A stretch of DNA of 64,000 nt, taken from contig NIVC01000725.1 of NCBI GenBank assembly GCA_002269645.1, positions 434,296-498,295 of the forward strand. Direction: 5' to 3'. This document shows positions 36,186 through 45,483 of this stretch, one piece after another. This stretch comes from Macrostomum lignano (taxonomy: Eukaryota). The position numbers and the translations under genes are program-made. Position 1 is the stretch's first letter, and each line of letters opens with the position of its first letter. The notes under the pieces are model-generated. The model searched no databases. It worked only from the letters and a program-made list of their open reading frames with translations, and had not been told where the DNA came from.

Positions 36186-36705
36186 CACCAGAAACAACAA
36201 CATTAAAAAAAAAACAACAGCAATTACAACAACAGCAACAACAACAACAACCCCCTGGGATTTACTCCCAGCCTGCTGGGTAATCAGCAGGCCCTATCCG
36301 GCGCCGCGTCTTTGTCGCGGGGGGAGGCAACGCCCGTTCTTCGGGCGGCGAAGAGCGCCGGGAATCGGTCACCGCTCCTGGCTCAGGGGCGGTGGATGTG
36401 GCTCGGTCCGGCCCTCTGTGCTCAGCCTTTGTCGCTGGCTCTGTCAGCGGTAGGGGTTTGGTACCTAGTCCGGTTATTCCGAGCTCGGTCCGCAGTCAAC
36501 AACAACAACAACAACAACACCAGAAACGACAACATTAAAAAAACAACAGCAATTACCACAGCAACAACACTAACAACAGCACAACAACGACAACAGCAAC
36601 AACAGCACAACAACATCAGCAGCAAAATTAATAGTAGCAACAACATTAACAAAAACATTAACAGCAACATCAGCAACAACAACAGCATCAACAACAACAA
36701 CAATA
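36186..36705. repeat. Compound (CAA)n microsatellite interrupted by a GC-rich insert of about 245 bp (36251-36496)
   Basis: CAA-rich arrays on both sides; a direct repeat of about 42 bp at 36186 and 36518. Confidence 0.8.
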
Positions 36706-36867
36706 GAAATTTGTTACAAATTTTTTTTAGTTTGTCTTCATTTAGCTACTTTGAGTACAAACATAAGTAAATTTTAGTTTTTTGCTTGTTTTTTATATCA
36801 AAAAAGCATTTTTCTATTTTTTAATGCATGCTATCATATTAACAAACAAACAAAGTTGGCAGTCAGC

Positions 36868-37185
36868 ATGGGCGGAGACTCTCACGGTCACGGTACTAAA
36901 TGGATACCACCAGATTGGCGCCAATACAAAATCCAAGACGCGCCCAGAGTTCAACAGCACGTTGACAGGCTAGCCGCTATAGGCCTGAAAGATCCTTGGG
37001 CTCGCAACGAAGTTTGGCGCTATCACTCCGAGTTTTATAAGCCGCCAAATCGTTGGATTATGTGGTTAATCACCCGCGGTGCTCCCTACGGTATCGCCGC
37101 CTTTGGCACTGTCATCGTATTGGAGAAATTGTACGGCTATGTGAATAGAAAGCACGGGCACGATGGGCATGCCAAGCATCACTAA
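36868..37185 (+). CDS. NDUFB3: NADH:ubiquinone oxidoreductase subunit B3 (B12), intronless
   Basis: PDWRQYKI..AP..Q....LAAIGLKDPWARNEVWRY signature, single C-terminal hydrophobic segment and His-rich N-terminus. Confidence 0.93.
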   Translation: MGGDSHGHGTKWIPPDWRQYKIQDAPRVQQHVDRLAAIGLKDPWARNEVWRYHSEFYKPPNRWIMWLITRGAPYGIAAFGTVIVLEKLYGYVNRKHGHDGHAKHH

Positions 37186-37649
37186 CCATTGATTGTGACG
37201 TTTTCGGATTCTGTTCGTCTGCTGTAAATTTGAGTAGTTAGTCTATATATTTAACTAATTTTAGATTGGCAAACAAAATAACAGAAAAACTCGAGCTAAT
37301 ACTACTAACTTAGATCGATAGTAGTAGTAGTAGTAGTACTAGTTTAGTAAAAAATTGTCTCCTTTGTTAGCTTTTTAAATTTCACAACAATATACGAGCT
37401 ATATATAATATGTTATAGAAGAGACTAGTGCAGTCAATTTAGCAGTTTTCTTCAAGCCTTAAAAACTGTTTTGTGTTGCTTTATTTATTGCTTCGGAGCT
37501 TATTCCCATCGTTTAGAATTCTCAGTGGCATACTATGGGATAGATTTTTTTCGGAGCCATCATATAGCCTTTTATAGTTCTCCCATTATTCCTTATGCTT
37601 TCCTATGGTCCCCTATGAATTTCGATGGTGTCTCCTATAAATTCCTTTG

Positions 37650-38500
37650 GTCTCCTATGAATCCATATAGTCTCCTATGGTCTCCTATGGATCCATATAG
37701 CCTTCTATGGGTTCCTATGGTCTCTGATGAATCCATATAGTCTCCTATGGGTTCCTATGGTCTCCTATGAATCCATATAGTCTCCTATGGTCTCCTATGG
37801 ATCCATATAGCCTTCTATGGGTTCCTATGGTCTCTGATGAATCCATATAGTCTCCTATGGGTTCCTATGGTCTCCTATGAATCCATATAGTCTCCTATGG
37901 TCTCCTATGGATCCATATAGCCTTCTATGGGTTCCTATGGTCTCTGATGAATCCATATAGTCTCCTATGGGTTCCTATGGTCTCCTATGAATCCATATAG
38001 TCTCCTATGGTCTCCTATGGATCCATATAGCCTTCTATGGGTTCCTATGGTCTCTGATGAATCCATATAGTCTCCTATGGGTTCCTATGGTCTCCTATGA
38101 ATCCATATAGTCTCCTATGGGTTCCTTTGGTCTCCTATGAATCCATATAGTCTCCTATGGGTTCCTATGGTCTCCTATGAATCCATATAGTCTCCTATGG
38201 GTTCCTTTGGTCTCCTATGAATCCATATAGTCTCCTATGGGTTCCTTTGGTCTCCTATGAATCCATATAGTCTCCTATGGGTTCCTTTGGTCTCCTATGA
38301 ATCCATATAGTCTCCTATGGGTTCCTATGGTCTCCTATGAATCCATATAGTCTCCTATGGGTTCCTATGGTCTCCTATGAATCCATATAGCCTTCTATGG
38401 GTTCCTATGGTCTCCTATGGATTCTTTTTTATTCCTGTGGACTTCTACAAACTCCTAAAGGCTCCTATGGATTCTTGTGGTCTCTTTTGGTCTCTTATGG
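37650..38500. repeat. Satellite built from 10-bp subunits (TCTCCTATGG/GTTCCTATGG/TCTCCTATGA/ATCCATATAG) with 110-bp and 40-bp higher-order periods
   Basis: Subunits align with the 10-nt print columns across 37741-38420. Confidence 0.95.
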
Positions 38501-38654
38501 AGTGTTAAATAGATCCATGTGGATTTCTCATTCAGCCCTCTTTGAAAATTAAATTTTCAAATGTTGCTAGTCTCATGGTGGTTTTTTTTAATTTTAACTT
38601 CGAATTTGCAGCTCTGTCGTTAGTTGGACTCACTGAATTTTTGTTTTTGTCGTC

Positions 38655-41066
38655 ATGGAAACCGGTGTGGAGGAAGAGCCAACAGCATCCGTTAGCAGCC
38701 CTTGTCCCATATCCTGCCTAATAAAGAATGCACTAAATCGTGAGCCACTATCATCGCCGGTTGATGCCATGCCAAATAGTGAGCTGCAATCGCTCGGTTC
38801 CCTATGGTCAGCTGACTTGCTTGATTGCGTCAATCGGCTTGTCCAATTGTTATCATCATCATTATCTACTGATGATAGTTCTAATGCAGATTTTAATTCG
38901 CTTAGGCAATGGTAAGCCTATAAAATTTTCTGCTGTTTACTTCAAGTAGAGTAGTTTGGACGTCACTTTTTCATTACAATTTACGACCCTTATTAGGGGG
39001 CCGTAGCCTAGTGGTCTAGCGTTGCGCTCTGATGCACCAACGGTCCGGGCTCGATCCAAGTACAGTCAACATTATAATTTGGGGCTAAATTGGAATCTTG
39101 GCTTGGCTCTGCTCGTGCAATTAACGGCTTTGAAAGCCAACCCCCAAGTCATAGTGATGGGGTGGCGGTTGCTGGGCAGAGAATCGGAGGATGGGGTGGT
39201 GGGTGCTGGGGCAGAGAATCGGAGGATGGGGTGGTGAGTGCTGGGGCAGAGAATCGGAGGATGGGGTGGTGAGTGCTGGGGCAGAGAATCGGATGATGGG
39301 GTGGTGGGTGCTGTGGCAGAGAATCGGAGGATGGGGTGGTGGGTGCTGGGGCAGAGAATCGGAGGATGGGGTGGTGGGTGCTGTGGCAGAGAATCGGAGG
39401 ATGGGGTGGTGGGTGCTGGAGCAGACAATCGGAGGATGGGGTGGTTGGTGCTGTGGCAGAGAATCGGAGGATGGGGTGGTGGGTGCTGGGGCAGAGAATC
39501 GGAGGATGGGGTGGTGGGTGCTGTGGCAGAGAATCGGAGGATGGGGTGGTGGGTGCTGTGGCAGAGAATCGGAGGATGGGGTGGTGGGTGCTGGGGCAGA
39601 GAATCGGAGGATGGGGTGGTGGGTGCTGTGGCAGAGAATCGAAGGATGGGGTGGTGGGTGCTGGGGCAGAGAATCGGAGGATGGGGTGGTGGGTGCTGTG
39701 GCAGAGAATCGGAGGATGGGGTGGTGGGTGCTGGGGCAGAGAATCGGAGGATGGGGTGGTGGGTGCTGTGGCAGAGAATCGGGAGATGGGGTCTGCGGAA
39801 GGAGGGCCGTAGCCTAGTGGTGTAGCGTTGCGCCAGCGGCCCAGACTCAATTCCAAGTGCAGTCAACATTAATTTTGGTCTATATTGGAATCTCGGCTTG
39901 GCTCTGCTCGGGTAATTAACGACCTTAAAGGCCAACCCCCAGGGCGCAGTGAAGTGTATATGCCTTAAAGATAAATAAAGTTTATTTGCGCCAGAAGCTG
40001 CGGTTGGGCTGTCGGATGCACATCTGGCCATTAGGACAGGTGTAATCAATTATTGAACTCGTGTGTGAATGTCGCTTAAAGTGCGCCGAGACGTACACAG
40101 CCCCCTGCCTCTAATGAAAAAATCATTTTATTTACTACCCACAGCCCAGCAACCCAGGTGCTTGTCCACCTATTCGCATCCGGATGCGCTCTCGCTGACC
40201 GTGTCTGGTCTCAGCCAGCTCTAGCCAAAGCCGTCATCAGCCGCCTCTACCCGCTGCTGCCGCCTCTGGCACCCAACTCGCTCAAGTACTTGGACTTCCA
40301 GCCTGCTCTGGCTGTCTCAGATGAGCCTGGTTGTGTACCATTTAGCACCGCCTCGCTAGTCCAGCTGCTCTGCAACAATTCTCCCATAATAAGCTACCCA
40401 GTAGCCGACTATTTATCCCCACCAGGTAGGAGGCACGCTATCGCTTTGACAACTCGTCTGTGCTCGCATCACTGCTTAGACTGGCAACTGTTAGGCTTGG
40501 ATTGCCTGTCTGCCGGTCTGTTAACTTCTGTTGAGTCTCATCTGGCTAGGGATTTGCTTCATCGTCTGAGCCAGTCTCGAGATGCTGCAGCGCTTGAACC
40601 AGCGTTGAACTTGTCAGCCACACTGCGAGCTCTGTGCCCTGAGGATTGGCTGCTAGACAGAATCTACCTGGACTGTTTACAGTGCCTGTCCTACGAATGC
40701 CGCCCAGGGCTTCAATTGGCCCGTCTGAAAGCTTTGCCCGTTATGATTGACAGGCTAGGCATGTCGTCTATTAAATATGGTAGCCTAGTAGTTAAATGCC
40801 TAGATAACTGCTTATCCAGATGCGACAGTGACATTGTGGAGTCTGTCTGGCTTGTGCTAGACAGCTACCTGCGCTATTGCCTGTTTGAACGGCATCAGAT
40901 TGCTAGAATTTTAATTAACTTTGCAATGCACAATCCTCTGGTTGATTGCGGTCGGCATTTGCCCGCAGTTGAGCCGCAGTTTGTTGGCGAAGTTTGTCGG
41001 GGCATTGTTAGCGAAGCGCCTGAGCTGCAATCAGCGTTGAGTAGATACATGACGCTTGAGGGCTGA
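38655..41066 (+). CDS. TTI2: Probable TELO2-interacting protein 2 (TTT complex, HEAT/ARM-like); exons 38655..38911, 40145..41066
   Basis: Phase-2 GT-AG junction joins the two ORFs (about 393 aa). DWQLLGLDCL and ALPVMIDRLGMSSIKY resemble the TTI2 motifs ENKILGVHCL and LPAFVNRLGILTVRH. The match is divergent and unverified. Confidence 0.55.
38996..39157 (+). mobile_element. 5' half of SINE family 1 (diverged subfamily) in TTI2 intron
   Basis: GGGGGCCGTAGCCTAGTGG...GGGCTCGATCC...TTGGAATCTTGGCTTGGCTCTGCTCGTGCAATTAACGGC...CCAACCCCCAAG. Confidence 0.85.
39158..39790. repeat. G-rich minisatellite, 35-bp unit GCAGAGAATCGGAGGATGGGGTGGTGGGTGCTG(G/T)G
   Basis: About 18 units between two SINE heads. 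Confidence 0.95.
39801..40123 (+). mobile_element. Chimeric SINE family 1 copy whose middle is replaced by the 3' tail of SINE family 2
   Basis: Family-1 head to about 39984; family-2 tail 39987-40054; family-1 3' end ATGTCGCTTAAAGTGCGCC...CCCCCTGCCTCTAATGAAAAAA. Confidence 0.8.
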
Positions 41067-41109
41067 TGTAGAGCAGGTTTTTGTTTGATTGACTCATCAT
41101 TGTAGCCCC

Positions 41110-41525
41110 AGAATCGCCCACTCCTGACCCAAAGTTTAGAATCGCCCACCCCTGACCCAAAGTTTAGAATCGCCCACCCCTGACCCAAAGTTTAGAATCG
41201 CCCACCCCTGACCCAAAGTTTAGAATCGCCCACCCCTGACCCAAAGTTTAGAATCGCCCACCCCTGACCCAAAGTTTAGAATCGCCCACCCCTGACCCAA
41301 AGTTTAGAATCGCCCACCCTTGACCCAAAGTTTAGAATCGCCCACCCCTGACCCAAAGTTTAGAATCGCCCACCCCTGACCCAAAGTTTAGAATCGCCCA
41401 CACCTGACCCAAAGTTTAGAATCGCCCACCCCTGACCCAAAGTTTAGAATCGCCCACACCTGACCCAAAGTTTAGAATCGCCCACCCCTGACCCAAAGTT
41501 TAGAATCGCCCCCTCCCCTGACCCA
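41110..41525. repeat. Minisatellite, 28-bp unit AAAGTTTAGAATCGCCCACCCCTGACCC
   Basis: About 15 units starting about 45 bp after the TTI2 stop. Confidence 0.95.
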
Positions 41526-42189
41526 AACTAAAATCGTATCTTGACCTAATTTGAAAGCGTTTAAAATCGACGCGAGCACTGTGTATGGTAGATTTTGTAA
41601 ATATATTTTTATAATAATATTTCTGCATTTCTTTTTAGTGTCTTTGTGTAATAACCAAGACTAGAGTTTCATTCAGTGTTTTGCATTCTATTTAAGGTAA
41701 TTATAATTTTTAGCTTAGGTCATTCTTAGCTAGCTTTCCTAAACAATTGATTAAAGATTCATAATAGAGTAAGAAAGTCACCTTCCTTTCAATATTTTAG
41801 CCCCTACCCCGTCACCCTGTTGCCTTTAAGTTACCGTAGGGTCTTTTTTCGGGGGATCCCATGCAATCAATCATTTCAAGTGAAGTTGCGTGCGAGCAGA
41901 TGGCCTGCCAGTTAAATGATGTTACCACTTGTAGTAGCTAAGCTGGAGCTTCCTGTAATTGGCTTTTGGGAGTGTCTTGTACTTTTTAGATTTAACTGAA
42001 TCGATTTGGCAATTTTAAACTTTTAATTGAACAATGTTCTGTCATTCTGAATACATGAGTGCAATGATCTATTAGTATTGTTTGTGAAAACTTAAATACC
42101 TAATAAGACTAGGTGCTCTCTTCTTTGTCTCCTATCGCTTCATTTGATTTACCTGTCTGATCTATCTCATCTCACAATGTCTAATCTCA

Positions 42190-43240
42190 GCCTGTCCACT
42201 CACCCTGTCTACTTCCACCCTGTCTACTCTCACCGTCTACTCTCACCCTGTCTACTCCCACTCTGTCTACTCTCACTCTGTCTAATCTCAGCCTGTCTTA
42301 CTCTCACTCTGTCTAAGCTCAGCCTGTCTACCCTCACCCTGTCCACTCTCACCCTGTCTACTCTCCAGCCTGTCTACTTTCACCCTGTCTAGTCTCAGCT
42401 TGTCCGCTCACCCTGTCTACTCTCAGCTTGTCCGCTCACCCTGTCTACTCTCAGCTTGTCCGCTCACCCTGTCTACCCTCACCCTGTCTACTCTCAGCTT
42501 GTCCGCTCACCCTGTCTACTCTCAGCTTGTCCGCTCACCCTGTCTACTCTTAGCTTGTCCGCTCACCCTGTCTACCCTCACCCTGTCTACTCTCCAGCCT
42601 GTCTACTCTCACCCTGTCTACTATCCAGCCTGTCTACTTTCAGCTTGTCTGCTCACCCTGTCTACTCTCACCCTGTCTATTCTCAGCTTGTCCGCTCACC
42701 CTGTCTACTCTCACCCTGTCTATTCTCAGCTTGTCCGCTCACCCTGTCTACTCTCACCCTGTCTATTCTCAGCTTGTCCGCTCACCCTGTCTACTCTCAC
42801 CCTGTCTATTCTCAGCTTGTCCGCTCACCCTGTCTACTCTCACCCTGTCTATTCTCAGCTTGTCTGCTCACCCTGTCTACTCTCACCCTGTCTATTCTCA
42901 GCTTGTCTGCTCACCCTGTCTACTCTCACCCTGTCTACTCTCAGCTTGTCTGATCACCCTGTCTACTCTCACCCTGTCTGCTCTCACCGTCTACTCTCAG
43001 CTTGTCCGCTCACCCTGTCTACCCTCACCCTGTCTACTCTCCAGCCTGTCTACTCTCACCCTGTCTACTATCCAGCCTGTCTACTCTCAGCTTGTCTGCT
43101 CACCCTGTCTACTCTCACCCTGTCTATTCTCAGCTTGTCCGCTTACCCTGTCTACTCTCACCCTGTCTACTCTCCAGCCTGTCTGCTCACCCTGTCTATT
43201 CTCACCCTGTCTACTCTCACCCTGTCTCTTTTCTCCCTCT
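42190..43240. repeat. Mosaic pyrimidine-rich satellite based on about 15-bp CTCACCCTGTCTACT / CTCAGCTTGTCCG units
   Basis: Direct observation. Confidence 0.92.
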
Positions 43241-43764
43241 CCTCTCACTATTTCTTTCATCCTACCCTGTCCAAATTCACATGCATATGTAACCCGTCTA
43301 TTCTCAATCAATCTCAGTGTGCCAATGTGTTGGATGCCCAGTAAAAGTGCGTATGTTTCGTGCATCGATCCAGCGTCTCTCCATCTTTTATGATGCAGCT
43401 ATATTTCCTTTGCAACGACACGCTCGGCTGATCTCTTTATCTCTGGGTATCTGTCAATCTAATCAATTATCAATTATATCGTATATTGCTGCATTCATCA
43501 ATAGATGCTAAATGTTTTGCACCGTAGTACGAGTGTAACACCTCTACACTATGTCCTAACACTAACATCACATCACAATCTTTGATTTATTGATCAAATT
43601 TCACTACAAAGTAATTTTCCACATCTACGAGACTTTATCAGCCGTGGTTTTATTTCACTGAATTTTGCAGCTTTGTTTCAAATATGAGCGATTTTTGATA
43701 GGATTTATTACAACTATTATTTTATTAAACGGTTGATTAACCTGAGCGGATACTTAGTTGAGAA

Positions 43765-44270
43765 TGATGCTGAGAAGAATGATGTTCAGGGGGAATGGTG
43801 CTGAGGGGAATGATGCTGAGGAAAATGTTGCAGAGGAGAATGATGCAGATGGGGAATGATGTTGATGGGGGATGATGCTGAGGGGAATGATGCTGAGGGG
43901 AATGGTGCTGAGGGGAATGATGCTGAGGGGAATGATGCTGAGGGGAATGATGTTGAGGAAAATGTTGCAGAGGAGAATGATGCAGATGGGGAATGATGTT
44001 GATGGGGGATGATGCTGAGGGGAATGATGCTGAGGGGAATGATGCTGAGGAAAATGTTGCAGAGGAGAATGATGCAGATGGGGAATGATGTTGGTGGGGG
44101 ATGATGCTGAGGGAAATGATGCTGAGGGGAATGATGCTGAGGAAAATGTTGCAGAGGAGAATGATGCAGATGGGGAATGATGTTGATGGGGGATGATGCT
44201 GAGGGGGAATGGTGCTGAGGGGAATGATGTTGAAGGGGATGACGCTAAAGGGGAAATGATGCTGATAGCA
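43765..44270. repeat. Purine-rich minisatellite, about 15-bp unit GGGGAATGATGCTGA
   Basis: About 33 units with recurring variant blocks. Confidence 0.92.
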
Positions 44271-44644
44271 AGTGTTTCAGTTGGATAATTTTAATTACTC
44301 GATTCGATTTTATTGCAAAGTGACAGTTGAGGGCTCTTCCACCGACTCCACGGACATCTGATTATTGTATGTCCATCAATTTTTAGGCTACATTTTCTAT
44401 TGAAACCTTGCTCAGGCCTTCTCAAGAGTTCGCCCTCTGTATGGTCATCAATTATCAATCCTAATCTCATTTCCTTCTGACGCACGAACTCACAGCGCTG
44501 CTGTTGCTGTCCTTTTTTGAAGAAGAAGATTGATACTCTCTCCATCAGGACACCCAGCTATGCTCATTTCTCATCTATAGGCTTAATAGCTACTTTCGTG
44601 GGTGCTCCTTTCTGCGTCTCAAACCCTGCAACTCGAATTTTGGG

Positions 44645-44659
44645 TTATTATTATTATTA

Positions 44660-44692
<33 letters not shown>
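44645..44692. repeat. (ATT)n microsatellite
   Basis: Direct observation. Confidence 0.95.
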
Positions 44693-44693
<1 letters not shown>

Positions 44694-44739
44694 TTGTTTG
44701 GATTTTTCAACGTAACTTAGACTATTGATGTAGAGTATA

Positions 44740-45320
44740 AAATATCGCCCCTGACACTTATATAGAGTATAGAATCGCCCATGACACTTATTTAGAGTAG
44801 AGAATCGCGCCTTACACTCATTTCGAGTGAAGAATCGCCCCTTACACTCATTTCGAGTGAAGAATCGCCCCTTACACTCATTTCGAGTGAAGAATCGCCC
44901 CTTACACTCATTTCGAGTGAAGAATCGCCCCTTACACTCATTTCGAGTGAAGAATCGCCCCTTACACTCATTTCGAGTGAAGAATCGCCCCTTACACTCA
45001 TTTCGAGTGAAGAATCGCCCCTTACACTCATTTCGAGTGAAGAATCGCCCCTTACACTCATTTCGAGTGAAGAATCGCCCCTTCCAGTTTATTTAAACTG
45101 GAGTAGACTCATTTCGAGTGAAGAATCGCCCCTTCCAGTTTATTTAAACTGGAGTAGAGAATCGCCCCTTACACTCATTTAGAGTAGAGAATCGCCCCTT
45201 ACACTCATTTCGAGTGAAGAATCGCCCCTAACACTCATTTAGAGTAGAGAATCACCCCTAACACTCATTTAGAGTAGAGAATCGCCCCTAACACTCATTT
45301 AGAGTAGAGAATCGCCCCTA
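44740..45320. repeat. Minisatellite, 30-bp unit GAGTGAAGAATCGCCCCTTACACTCATTTC, upstream of BMS1
   Basis: Consecutive identical 60-nt lines; about 18 units. Confidence 0.95.
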
Positions 45321-45483
45321 AGTCAATTTCAAAGCGGCATGATATGTAGAAAATCTACTTTAATCGGTAGAATTTTATTTAAACTGACACAACTTATTTA
45401 AACTGATCATTTTTTATTCATGCAATCTCTACACTGAACCAAGTCTTGCAATTTAAACCGTGCTAAAAAAACTCCCAACTAAC

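Noticed and set aside
44291-44545. Possible Penelope/GIY-YIG or LINE remnant next to an (ATT)n tract
   Set aside because: Only a vague resemblance (EGELLRRPEQGFNR); no diagnostic motif.
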